From: the human T2T-CHM13v2.0 reference genome, Homo sapiens
Strand: one strand, 5' to 3'
Length of the DNA: 64,000 nucleotides
Assembly: GCF_009914755.1 (NCBI RefSeq)
Contig: NC_060932.1
Of the stretch, positions 42,736 through 56,599 are shown piece after piece. The notes beneath the pieces were generated by a model, which was not told where the DNA came from, did not search any database, and worked only from the letters and a program-made list of their open reading frames with translations. Position numbers and translations under genes: made by a program. Position 1 is the stretch's first letter. The number at the start of each line of letters is the position of its first letter.

Positions 42736-44275
42736 GCAGCTAGTATTTAAAACCAAGAACTTTCTAAGCCTTTCCTCTGTCTCTAGAGCTTTAACACTTT
42801 CTTCCATTTTTAATGTTAGCATATAGCTGGCATATAAAGCCCGCTAAAGAGCCTAAGGTGAGAATTTAGAAAATGAACAAAGAAAGGCTTGGGACAAAGC
42901 CTTGAGAGGCTCAACATTTAGGAGTCAGGTCAGGGAGGGGAATCCATCAAAGGACACTGTGGTCTTCCAAAACCCACGAGAAGTAACTTTCACAAAAGCA
43001 ATATGGGATTGATTTACTGTGTCAAATGCTTCTGAGAAGGCAAATAAGAATAGGATTGAAAAGTTTCCTAAACTCTTTTAATTAGCTATCTTAAGCTATA
43101 CCTTTTACAATCCTGTTGAAGAATCTTTGGCATTTAATATTTTACATCCAGGATCTGTAACAGAGACAAGTTCATTATTTTCTTTGTGGCATATTTAAAA
43201 ATCCCAAGTAGCACTGCTTTTTGATTATGACAGTTACATACCATGTGAGCTTAATATATGAAAAAATAGACTTCAAACTGCTACATAACTCTGTAATGGC
43301 ATATCTAATCTAATCTGCTTACTGAAAGATATTTTGTGGGTGATATTCGAAATTGAAGACTTTTATAACTCTTTCCTTTCTGGAAGGAATTAAATATGTG
43401 ATGGCAAAAATACTGATGCAGAGAAAAAACACATTTAATTACTATAATCTTAGATAACTGAATAATTCAATAAAAGATTTATAATTTCATGTACCGTATT
43501 TTTGTATTCCCTTTATTGTGGGAATCTGGAATCCTATTTTTCTTCTGTAATGAATACATTTTAAATCAGTTATCAAGATTCAAAGTGAGAGTCATTACAA
43601 GAAAACACCATAGTGTAGCAGAGAGCTTTATATTATAAATGAATCTTTGGGTACTCTGTCTTCTGCTCTGTGTTCAAAATACTCAGACTCCCTGGCATAA
43701 TTTTAAACCCCACATAATTGACTCAGTTCTTTATCTTTTCAAAGATAGATACAGAGTACTAGCAGCTTTAGTGTCTACGAGGCTGGTGTTTGTGAAAGTT
43801 TAAATATTCTATAAATGTTTCATTTATTTAAAGATGAATTGACAGTCATTTTACTGACAGTGCACTGGTTTCAGTGTTTCTGTTTCAAAAACAAAAGGCA
43901 TTAGAACCTTGTAAACTATGCCCTCAATGCTCCTGTTTTTCAGTGTCTCATGTGCCATATGAAGCAAAGTAAATAGATTAATGCTTTAGAATTATTTGTT
44001 CCTGAAAAGAAAAGGTGTGTACTAACTGTAGTTCTTATTGATCTCTCTATATTTGTCTAACTAATTTAATGGAGTCTGTTTATAATCTATAACTAGCCTC
44101 TTAGGTCTTACTGGGAAAACCTTGGATTGCTTATGTGGTAATATTTGACAAATACTGGAAAATTTGATTAGAATATGAAATATATCACTTTCAGTAGTCC
44201 CTTTAGCAATATTATATAACGGATATTTTACAGAGGCGTCATTAACTTGTTGATATATTTAGAATAAAAAATAAT

Positions 44276-45075
44276 GCTCTGGGGAAAATTGTTTCTCTAC
44301 ACCCACACAAAATACATCTGACACCAGATGTGTGAATTTTTTCTCATACCAATTAATTCTCTAACACCAGCTAGTATTCTACAATTCGATTCAACTTTGA
44401 CACCATCTAGTTGGATTTTGCATCAGATTCCACAGTTAAGGGCTTGGTCTCACAAGACAGTGCTCTCATTTCAAGCACAATCACAAGTCTGGGCCTCCCA
44501 TTCTTCTGGCCAATCATCTGTAGGGAGGGTCCCTGTGACCTTCTCCTCAGGTTTGACACTTTGCTAGAATGGCTCACAGAATTTAGGGAAACATAAGTAT
44601 GTGTTCTGGTTTATTATAAAAGATACAGATGAACAGCCAGATGAAAAGGTACCTAGAAACAATCACATGAAGGCCCCCAAGAACAAGAGTTGCTCTCCCC
44701 TTGGAGTTGGTGTGCATGAACCTCCCAGCATGTGGAACCATTCACCAACTGGGAAGCTCATCAAATCTCATGGTTTGAGAGCTTTTATACAGCTTAATCT
44801 CCAGTCTCTACTCCTTCCCACTCTCTTCTCTGGTTGGTGGCGGGTGAGACTGGATCCATCCTCTAATCACTTGGTCTTGTTGGTGAGTAGCCCCATCCTG
44901 AAAATATCTGGGGCCCTACACAAAACTACCTTATTAACATAAACTCAGGAGTGATCCAAAGGAGCTCATTATGAATTTAAAAAAGACACTTCTGTCACTC
45001 AGGAAATTTCAAGGGTTTTAGGAGCTGTGCTAGGAACTGAGAAAAAATACCAAGTGTATTTCTTATTATACCACA
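44276..45075 (-). mobile_element. MER21-like LTR
   Basis: tctgacaccagatgtgtg...ttattataaaagatacagatgaacagccagatgaa...caggaaatttcaagggttttaggagc...ttcttattataccaca. Confidence 0.8.
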
Positions 45076-46699
45076 AATGGCTACTTAGTATTTGCTGTTA
45101 TTTTCTTGGTATTTCTCTTCTTTCTTATTCGCTTACTTTCCCCATGGTCAGTCTTGCATCAGTTGAGTTGATAGATAATGAGCTTCCTTTAGCTTCTAAG
45201 TGGATGATTCCCAAAGTGTTTTATAGTAAATGGTAGTCTGCCAAATTCCGTATATGTTCTTGGTTTCTGTGAGATAAATGTTTCCAGTGACACCATAATC
45301 ACTTTATTGAAGATACATGTGACTTTTGAAGAATTCAGGTACTGATCTACCTTCCAATGGAAGCCCCTAACTTGTAATCCTTTGGTTATCTCCACCACAT
45401 GCAAAGGATTGTCAGCTTCCTTGCTAGGAGTAAGCCAAAGAAAAATCACCATTTCTACTTCCTGCTAATTGATACTGTTGCCTCTCTTGTTTCTATTATT
45501 GTGGTAGTCATGTTTTGTTTGTTTTGTTTTTGTTTGTGTTTTTAGCTTTTCCTAGGAAATTAAACATTTTCTGATTCCAAATTTTAGGTTTGATATCAAT
45601 CTAAGTTTGGTTACGATTTTTTGAAATCTAAATCATGTCATCCTATATGCTAAGCTCCAGGGTTTGGCAGGCACAATGCTGCCTTTACTGGAGAGAGAGC
45701 AGGCAGCTAGCTGTGGTTCCTAAGGACTTGCTTTTCCTATGCTGCATCTAAAGGCCGTCCATTGCCTATGAAATGAGACACATACCCAAATACACACCGT
45801 GGATAGATATACTTTAAATATTTTAATTATTATTATACTTAAATATTTATAATAGCACAAATATTATAAGTAATCTGAATTTTGCTAAGCAATTCCAGGA
45901 CTTGGGTATGAAGAAATTTGCTTTAATTACAATATCTCAGATTGCATTGGATCACTCCCTTCATCTTTGTACCATAGCATCTCAGTTCTCTCTCAAAGTC
46001 CTCAGAATGCATTTCTAGGAATTCTTAAAGCTGTCTCAAAAGTCTACTCAAGTCAATCCAGTCTCCTTGGTGCTTTCTCTGGCCTATACAGCCACCTGAA
46101 TGTAATTTCATGACTCTGCTTCTGCTGTGGCATCCTTCAAAAGAAACCCGATTCCTGCCTAGCATACTGAATCCCTGAATCCTCAGAGCTGTAGTCCTGC
46201 ATGGGATTATGACATCTGGAAAAAGAATAAAAATTACTCTTTTTGAGAGGAGAGAAGCATACACCATGAGGCAAATACTAAGGAATCTTCACTCTGAGAG
46301 CTTTTGAAACTATGGTGCAGAAAAATGACCTCCAAGCAGAAAGGAACAGTCATAGGACAGGAAAAATGAAACAGGTATTAGAGTGCTGGAGTTTCTAAGA
46401 CAAGTCAGAATTAAGGACATGATTTAATAGAGGTAGATCACATAGAAGAAATTTAAAAAATCTGTTTAAGATGCTCTTACAGACTTAGCTTCTTACAGAC
46501 TCAGCTTAAAGTTGCACATGTGTAGTGCAGGACTCTGGGAAACATAAAAGAAACAGAGATTAATGAAGGAGCAGAGAATTGGAAAGACCTGGAATCCTGG
46601 CCCATCCTAAATGGAAAATCTTGACGATTACTCGTGCATTCAGTTAGCATCAAAGTAGGCACACCCAGCAGTAAGGAGCACACACTTGGTTAGGACTAA

Positions 46700-47815
46700 G
46701 ATAAGAATTGAAAGAAACCGTCCTAACAAAACTTAAACTCCAAAATGAAAAAATCATCTGAGGGCGATTTAATTGACTACCAGATCAAATGAAACATCTT
46801 TTAGGGAAAAGTTACCTAATGTGGAATATTTAATTGTTTTATTAACAATTTCAGCATAAAATTAAAAATACATATTAGATATAAAAAAGCATGAAAAAGT
46901 GACTGATAATTAAGAAAGAAAAGAAAGCAATAAAAGTAAATCCAGAGATGAGTTAGATATTAGACAACAAAGAATTCAAAATGCTAAGATTAATATATAA
47001 AATAAAATAAAGTAGACAATAGCTCAAATATATAAAAAGTAGAGCATTTCAACAGATAAATATAGACTTCAGAGAAACCAATGGAAGGTTATAAATTGGA
47101 AAACATAATAATACAAAATTAAGGAGTTACTGCATAGGTTTAAATTCAGGAGTTCAATAGAAAATATCTAAAGTGAAACACAGAAATCAAAGAATAAAGA
47201 AACATCACAGAGTGAAGTATAAAGACAAGTGGAACACATTTATAAGTGTAAAATTAGACCAGCCTGGCCAACATGGCAAAACCCCGTCTCTACCAAAAAT
47301 ACAAAAATTAGTGGGGCATGGTGGCATGTGCCTGTAATCCCAGCTACTGGGGGGCTGAGGCAGGAGGATCTCTTGAACCTAGGAGGCAGAGGTTGCAGTG
47401 AGCCGAGATTGTTCCACTGTACTCCAGCCTGGGCAACAGAGCAAGGCTCCGTTTCAAAAACGATAAATGTAAAATTAATATTACTAGCTTTCCAGAGAAA
47501 GAGATAATGGAACAGAGAAATATTGGAATAATAAAAGCTTAATTTTAAAAAATGTGAAGGAAGACATCAATCTATGAATTCACTAAGATCACTAACTTTA
47601 AACTGGATAAATACAAGGACAATTATGCCTAGGCACTTCATAATCATTCCGTTCCAAATAAAGATGAAGAAAAACATGTTAAAAACAGCCAGTTAAAAAA
47701 TACAAATATCCAAGAAACAACAGAAACTATAGAATACAAAGGAATGTAACAACATCTTTAAAGTTTTGGGATGAGAATAGGGGTAATTAGCTCCCACACC
47801 AAAAATTATTCAAAC
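46700..47815 (+). mobile_element. Ancient L1M ORF1-region remnant
   Basis: A-rich ORF1-like sequence (gaaggaagacatcaatctatgaattc, cctaggcacttcataatc). Confidence 0.55.
47257..47460 (+). mobile_element. 5'-truncated AluS
   Basis: Begins gaccagcctggccaac; TSD ataagtgtaaaatta / ataaatgtaaaatta. Confidence 0.9.
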
Positions 47816-47822
47816 GTAAGTG

Positions 47823-48505
<683 letters not shown>

Positions 48506-50059
48506 ACCACCTAAAAAGTCTACCAAATAGGAAAACATAAAGACTTTGTCATCACCTCCTCTCCACCCCCCAAAAATGGGAAAATTGGTTAAATTATAGT
48601 TAAAAAAACTAGGGCGTAATACCTCTGGAATTACAAATAATAAAACAATCTAAAAGAGGCTTTAGAATAAAAATAGTAAAAATGTTTCAAAATACAAGGG
48701 AAGAAATAGAGTTAATGAGATCAGGGAAGAACCTTAGAAGAGAACAACTACCTTTTTCTGAATAAAAATTGCCTTTTGATTGAATAAATCAAGTATTGTT
48801 TTAGACATTTTATATAAATTATAGTGAGCAAATACACTTAGGAGTGAATGGAACATGAATGGACATAAGGTCTATAAAGGAATAATGATATAAATTTTGG
48901 ATTAACTCGAATATGCGTGAAAGATCATTAAAATGATCTGAAATTGAGTAGCTTAGAGTAACATTAAAGGTTAAAGAAACCAAAGAATATTACATTTTAT
49001 TCATGAAAAGTAAAATAGAGATTATTTTTAATACATAACTCAAGAATGCTTGGATTAAATTGACCTGAAAGAAATTGACAAGTCATATGAAGTTGATTTA
49101 AGTATTTATGAAGTGCCTATATGTAGGCTAGGCATAAAGGTGCATATGGAAAATGTGAGCGAACAGCAATTTAATAAACATATGATTAAATGAGAGAATT
49201 TATCTTATTTCCCTTTGCCTTGAGAAATAACTAAAAAAAATAAAAGTGCTGCCGAGACAATAGCAATTACCTTTGCTTTTTAAATGCTATTTCATTTGGA
49301 TTTGTCTGTTCAATCAACACAGTACTCCCTCTGCCATTTAACCATCCATTTAATGATTCACCAAATATTTATTGAATATCAGAAACCATTTTTAGTCATT
49401 TTCCTATTTACCAGTATTGAACTTAATCCATCTTATTGTGAACCCAAATCCCTTCTTGTGTATGATCAAGAGAAAAACCAAAGAATACTTAAGAGATAAA
49501 AAATTATGTTATCTCTATTTTATCTTTCTATATATTATATAAATATCTATGTTTAAGTATTTTTACTTCCAAAATGAGGAGCACTATTTTAAGTGGCACA
49601 TTTTTAAAGCTGGGTATACAGCTAAATCTAAAGTGAAATTCATAGATTAGGTGTGTTCTATGGACTGTTGGAATCAACTCATCCCCAAGTTCATGTATTA
49701 TCTACAATGAATGTTAAGAGTCTTTGAAGAAGTGGTTTTTGTACAGATGCCTACGAAAGGAAATGTCTGCTTCTATTCCTGGCCAATTTAACTAGGTTGG
49801 AGTCTTACACAGTTTGAAGAAGCAGGCCACAGGTTAAGAGTGTGTAGACAGACAAGATTTTCTAAGACATACATAATTCAGCTTTGGGTCTCAACCAGAC
49901 ATAGGGACACACAGAGTAAGTCAGGAAAGCCGTCATATGGCTTCCTGGATAGCTGAAATTGCCTCAGCAAAGGTATACAAATAAAGAAATTTAAAAAAAA
50001 AAAGAAATGGTATGTAATTGAGGAAGAAAAGTATGGGTTAGAAATTCGATATCCTTTGA

Positions 50060-50920
50060 TAGCAAGAGGAGAAAAAAGTCTCTGGAAATATTGTTTACTG
50101 CATCCAAGACTTAATTTATATCTTGCTACCTGGATTAACATGGATGATAAAAAGATGGTCTGGAGAGCAGCAGATGGATCAGAATGACACAAGAGTAGAG
50201 AGAGGAAATCCAATTAGGAAACAATTGAAAAAAATATCTAGAGAAAATTGTTAGTAACATTTGAGTAACATTGTTTCACTAGAGATAGAGGGAGTCAGAC
50301 TGGAGGGATATCAAAGAAATAGAAAAGTTAGGACTTAATTGCAGATTAGAGGAACTGGGGTATTTCAATAAAGTTTTCCCTTGGGTAACTGAGTATCAGT
50401 AGGAGTCAATAGAAGAAAACATTAAGAAGAAGGATTTTACGCTGAGTAAATATATGTTTCAAACATTGGGGAGTTTGCAGATGGTGATTATGTTACAAGA
50501 AATCTGAAACACTATTTGCAGCATGAAAGAAAGAAGTCAACACTAAAGATGCAAATCTTGGGAATCTTGGGAATCATCACCTGAAGGTGTGAATGTAAAT
50601 ATGGCCACAATTAGAATATGAAGAGAATAGAAGACTACCTGAGGAATTCTAAAGGATGCTCAAGTATCAGTGGTAGAGTATATGGCAAAGTATTCATTAA
50701 GGAGGTCATAAAGGAATGAGTAGAAATTTAGAAGGGGAAGAATGTAAGATATCATCATGGAAGCCAATAGACCTTTAAGGAATATGAGAGGTTTAACTGT
50801 GTCAAATGTTACTTAGGGAAAGGTTGGGAAATATGTTATAGCTATTAGTGAGAACCATCTCATGTGGTGATGGGGGAGGACACAAAAAAATTAATGTGAG
50901 TTAAAGTCTTAGAACAAATG
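50060..50920 (-). mobile_element. L2 remnant
   Basis: Purine-rich antisense L2-like sequence (ttgggaatcatcac, tcatggaagccaa, actgtgtcaaatg). Confidence 0.55.
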
Positions 50921-51479
50921 TAAAATCAAACAAACAAAAAAAAGTAACTCTTTCAAATTCGGGAATCACAGAAAAAACAGAAGTGAGAGTAAATTTTTAA
51001 ATGTTGATAATAGCTAAGATATATGCAGCTCATACAATCTGTCATTTCTGAGTAATTTATAATTGTAAGTAATATATATGTGCTAATTTAAACCTTATAA
51101 GAAATAGCAAATAAGCGAGAGATACTGAGTTTCAGCTTCAAACACAAGAGATACAGTGACCTATTTTCAGTAGCCCATGTTCCCTCAGCTGGTAATTGAC
51201 AGAGCTTTGATACTAATCTACATAGTAGGGTTTTTTTTTAGTTTTGTTTTCGTTTTTTGCTTCTACTCAGTATTGCCTCACCTAAAGAAAAAAGAGAATA
51301 AAGGAAATTAAGCATCTCTGTATAAAGGGAAGTAATTATTGTACATTCTCTAAGTTTTTATTAATCTTCAAAAAATATTCACTAAAGTCCATGATGCTTT
51401 TTGCATTAAATGACTTTTAAAAACATATTCATCTGAGTAGCATCAATTCCTGCATGGTACCCAGCCACATCTAATATTT

Positions 51480-51772
51480 TAGGGCTCAGCTTAAATGTCA
51501 TCACCACAAAGAGAATATCATATATCTAATATAAAATGTTTTGAAAACATGTATCCAATCTGTAATTTTAAAAATACTAGTTTTCTTTCTATCATCCCAT
51601 CCTCTAAAACTTGAAAAACAGAAGGACTCTGCCTGCCATATTTATAAGTGTATATTCAGACAACAGCTGTATTCCTGACACAGAATAAAAATGCTTTAAA
51701 CTTTTCTGAGGAATGTATGGATGAATGAATGCATGAATGAATGGATGGGTGAATGGTCATATGGATGGAACA
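51480..51772 (+). mobile_element. L2 3' end with (ATGA)/(TGGA) tail
   Basis: ctcagcttaaatgtca...cctgacacaga...gaatgaatgcatgaatgaatggatggg. Confidence 0.6.
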
Positions 51773-52154
51773 AATGAGGCAACTGTGATGGCAATATTTT
51801 CAAAATAATCTTTCGAGAACTATAATCTGAAAAATAAAGTCATGCTACTTTCTTATGTGAAAGACAAGCTGAGAAATACCTGAAATGTTTTAGTAATTAT
51901 TTAAAAACAAAAGGGAAAAATTGAAATATGGACTGTTATAAAACAAATTGAATACATATAATTTCTAAACAGTAGTACCCCATTAAGCTAATAATCTCCC
52001 ATGAAGAATTGCCGGATATGAGTTTACTATAGTTCAAATCTATAGTATTTACACATGTTTTTGTGATTTCTATTGATATAGTTTGTTTTAATTTGGTCTT
52101 GAGTTCTCTCCCTTGAAAAGTGACCATAAGAAGTTAGCCACTTTCTAGGAAAGC

Positions 52155-52675
52155 TGTGTCCGAGGGCAAGTTAGGTTCAGATATGTGTGTCAGGTGAGAC
52201 ACAATGGGGAGGTGAAACCAAACTGTATAAACAGAAGAAATTTATTACTCACAGGTCTCAGAGAGGTTGAGTGTTTCAATGAGAGCCTATGGAAAGTTCT
52301 GAGGTGACAGGGAGCTCAACCAGCAAGCGAAAAGGGAGACTGAGAGGACGTTTAAGACTATTCCCTTATTAAGGTCCATGGGATTATCCCCTAGATTTTT
52401 CCACAGGGGTTATGGACTGGCTAGTTTTTTAAAAACATGCGTAAAGGGAAAAATTTATTTATATGACTCTGGTATTGGGACATTAATTTTATCACAATAA
52501 GTAGCTGTGGGGTGAGTTGGGTTTTGGGTTAGGGAGATGAGGAACAAGTAGGCTATATCAAAAACAACCACACAGGGGCAGGGAGTTTTAAGCAAGCAAA
52601 AGGTGATGAATTTTAGATAACTATATCAGGCCTAAACATAAATGCTAAGGAAGCAACTACAAAATATTTATGACA
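52155..52675 (-). mobile_element. Probable old ERVL-type solo LTR (family unresolved)
   Basis: Minus-strand cctgtgagtaataaatttcttctg poly(A) context, TG..CA candidate ends, GC step relative to flanks. Confidence 0.45.
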
Positions 52676-54383
52676 TATGTGTATTATAGAGAAACAGTGC
52701 TACATTATTTTGGATTAAAGCTAAAATGATCAAATGGAAACATAATTTTTTGATGTGACCAATTTCTTAATTTACATTTAAATGTAGTTCTTATAATTAT
52801 CTAATTTCATTGAAAAATTATAAATATTTTGGTATTCTGACCTCTTTTTTATTAAGTTTTTTGAACAAAGAATAATTTACAAGGATGGAAAACCTTGTTG
52901 TTTGTGTGATTGCATCAAGCATCACCTACTAGAAGGAATTAAGTGAGGATTGAGTTAACTGTTTCACTGAGAACACGTATGGGGTATAAACATAGAATGA
53001 AAAAGATGAGGCTGGGAAACAAAACATTACTTTTTAAACCCCCCAAAAAAACATGTATAGAGAAAAATCACAGCATAAGAAAAAAATCCTTTCATGTAAC
53101 ACAAGTAATTGCTTTAATGAGATTATGTTGAGTTAAAATTTTTACATAGGATATTTCAGAGAATATAATTTGGAAAACTAATTTTGTAGCAACGGATTCA
53201 TTTTTTCTTCATGAATAGGAAGAGTAGCTACACAGTGAATAATAAACTTTTTACTTATATAACTCAGATGGCTCTGCCATTAATTCGATTATCCAAGTTT
53301 GAATAGAAAAAAATATGTTTCTGACAAAATGGGAAAATAATTGGTTACCATGGAGATACCAGTTCTTGTGGATATTGCTCTCTACCAAGATGTCAAATAT
53401 CTAGGATTGTTTGCCAACCAAAAACTTTTGTACTTCTAGCTATTAGTAAAAAGACAATGTAAATTTAAAATCCATGTTAGTATTTACAAAAGGCTTGATA
53501 AGGACAAGTAGGCTATTTTAAACAGAAAGTTTCTTGACTTTTGTTGGAATTAGAAAAAAATTTAGTACGTTTATATTAGCTAGCTGATGGTGATTTAATG
53601 CTTCTTCTTGTGGATATATATACACATGCATGCCCTTATAAATGACACATTAAAAGTTGGCTATTTATTAATATAGATAGAGTAGACCCAACAGGGTATA
53701 TGGCAGTTAAAAGGCCAAAATGTGTGAAAAGTTTGAGAACTAATGATCTTGAAAACAAGGTGGCTCAGGAGTTTATACTATGTATTTACTTAAATGGGGA
53801 TGAACATATTATCATAAATGGAAAATTTTATTATAGCTAAATTTAGCATTTAATAATGATTTGTAATATTTTAAATACACAAAAATAGAAAATAAATGAG
53901 AGAAGTGGCAGTAATAGATGGAAGTATCAACTTGAGTATAAGATTTTGTGCTAGAGTGTAAACTACTTAAAGGTAAAGAGCCTCCCTTCCTTTGCACATC
54001 ACAGATTTCAATTTTGTTTCCCCTTTTCAAATAACTATGTAAATATTCCAGATATTTTCCAGCTTGTCTTTCACATGAAGTAGTATGGCATTGTTTTTTA
54101 GACTATGTTCCTCAAATTTTTAACTTTTAAACACTGTTGCCTTAATTTGTTCATTCATTAATTATTAAGTTTAAAGCATTATAAATTATGTGAAATAAGA
54201 GTAGTGTTTTTCAAATTTAAAAAAAAAATTTCAATAATGGGAAAAGTTATCACATTGCATTCATTAGAATATTCGTGAAAAAAGGCCTGAAATGCACAAT
54301 GTCTAGATCACATTAGAAGTATACAGAGTTTCTTGCTTCTCTAACAGGATTGTGACAGTGAAGATATCCCTCCCTTTTGCCCT

Positions 54384-54801
54384 TGTGGTGGTTAATACTG
54401 TCTACTGGATTGGATTGAAGGATGCAAAGTACTGATCCTGGGCATGGCTGTGAAGGTGTTGTCAAAGGAGATTAACATTTGAGTCAGTGGGCTGGGAAAG
54501 GCAGATCCACTCTTAATCTGGTTGGGCACAATCTAATCAGCTGCCAGCACAGCTAGAATATAAAGCAGGTAGAAGAATGCAAAAAGACCAGACTGGCCTA
54601 GCCTCCCAGCCTACATCTTTTTCCCATGTTAGATGCTTTCTGCCCTTGAACACTGGAATTCAAGTTCTTCAGTTTTGGGATTTGGACTGGCTCTCCTTGC
54701 TCTTCAGCTTGCAGATAGCCTATTGTGGGACCTTGTGACCATGTGAGTTAGTACTTAATAAACTATTAGTTCTGTCCCTCTAGAGAACACTGACTAATAC
54801 A
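54384..54801 (+). promoter_or_regulatory. HERV-L 5' LTR (MLT2A)
   Basis: tgtggtggttaatactg...ctgactaataca; contains caatctaatca and gattggattga DUX4-like words. Confidence 0.92.
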
Positions 54802-54806
54802 GATTT

Positions 54807-54824
54807 TGCTACCAGGAGTGGTTC
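54807..54824 (+). other. Primer binding site (tRNA-Leu type, degenerate)
   Basis: tgctaccaggagtggttc shortly after the LTR end. Confidence 0.7.
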
Positions 54825-54849
54825 TAGAGGAACAGAATATAAAGGATGG

Positions 54850-56520
54850 AGCTCTTTCATTGGTTTTGGGGTTTTTGGAGTTGGCTGCTTAATATGATTC
54901 AACCCAAAAATGCTAAGGACTCTACTTCTAATAGTATGTAGAATACCAATAGTCATTGGAGTGAACTGTTTAGAGAGTTATGCAAAATGAATGCATTTGA
55001 CACTCCTGATTCACTACTCATGAGAGGCAAGGAGTTTAGTGACTCTATACATAATACCTTTGACCATATGTACAGAACCAAGGAACATAATGAAGCTGGT
55101 TGGTTGTTCCTAAGTTCAGTGGACAAAGTGAAGAAGGAAAATGGTGAACTCAGGGATTCTAACTCCTGGCTTAGGAAGCAGATACTGAGCCTCAAATCTG
55201 CTAAGATTGCCCTGAGTCAGAGTCTTATCTCCTGTAGAGAAAGAGCTGAAATGTGGAAAAACAGACACAAGCTCTTATCACACAAGTGGCAGACCTGCAA
55301 CGAAAGGTGCATGCACAACTTTGCCAGTTAAAATGAGGGCATTGATTGGAAAATAATGGGACCCTGGAACTTGGAATGAGGACATGTGGGAGGACCCTGA
55401 TGAAGCTGGGGACACTGAGCTTATAAACTCTGATGAACTTTTTTTGCCAGAAGAAACAGCTTCCCATCCCTAGTAGTGGCAACATCCCCTCCCCGACCCA
55501 TGCTATCATCAACTTTTCCACCTTTGAGGAGATAAACCCTGTGCTGCCTGAGGCAATGGCGATGTTCTCCTCTGAGGAAGTTGCCTGGCAAGATAATGTT
55601 GATTCTCCACACGAGCCACCCCAACACCCTTGTTTGCTTCTAGACCTACAACTATACTAAAATCCCAGTGGGCCCTGAGAGGTAAGGTTGAGAGTGTGAC
55701 CCATGAGGTAGTGTGCTACACTAAAAAAGAACTGCTTGAGTTTTCTAATTTATATAAGCAGAAATATGGAGAACAGGCATGGGAATGGATATTAAGAGTG
55801 TGGGATAATGGTGGAAGGAACAGAGTCCCTCTAAGTAGGGACTCTGCATTTAATGTTGCAGCTGGGGAGTTAAAAAAGGTTCTCATAGTTTATTTGCTTG
55901 GTTAGCTGAAATATGGATTTAGAGAAGGCCCACGGTAAGCAAGCTGTAGACGAAGGGATCCAAAGGCTTAGGGAGATTGGGATGGTGGAGTTGATTTGTC
56001 ATTTTAGACCTACTTATCCCATCTGGGAGGCTTCAGAAGATATACCCTTGACCAATGCCTTGCAAAATAGATCTGTGAGGACAGCACCTGAATCTTTGAA
56101 GAGCTCTGTAATTGCTCTTCTCTGTATATCAAATCTAACAGTGGAAACTGCAGTCACTCAACTACAAAATTGAAATACAATAGGAATAATTGGATCTTGA
56201 GGTGGGAGGGGCCAAGTGGTGGCACTCAACTATCAAAGGCAAGTTGGGTGTAGCTACCGTAATGGATAGCAGAGGCAAAGCAGCAATCAGAATAGTCTGA
56301 CTTGGGTAGAGCTCTGGCAGTAGCTAATTAATCATGGTGTTTCTATAAGTGAAATTGATAGGAAGTTTACTGCATTCCTACTTAATTTATATAAGCAAAA
56401 AACTTCTACGTCGAATTGACAAAGGGCTAATTTGAATTATAAAAACAGTGAATCACAGCCCCTCAATCAATTTCCAGACTTGAGCCAGTTCACATACCCA
56501 GAACCCCTTGAATGAAGGGG
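54850..56520 (+). pseudogene. gag: HERV-L gag remnant
   Basis: ELLEFSNLYKQKYGEQAWEWILRVWDNGG and EGIQRLREIGM motifs (ERV-L/Fv1-type gag); multiple stops, frameshifts and deletions. Confidence 0.85.
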
Positions 56521-56599
56521 AGTCTGTGTCCCCTTGAGTAAGGACCCCACTACACTACCAACAATTTATGCTGTTAATCTTTCTCACATTCTTCCCCAA

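Noticed and set aside
46477-46506. Short near-tandem ttacagacttagct / ttacagactcagct
   Set aside because: Ordinary slippage-size duplication with no further structure.
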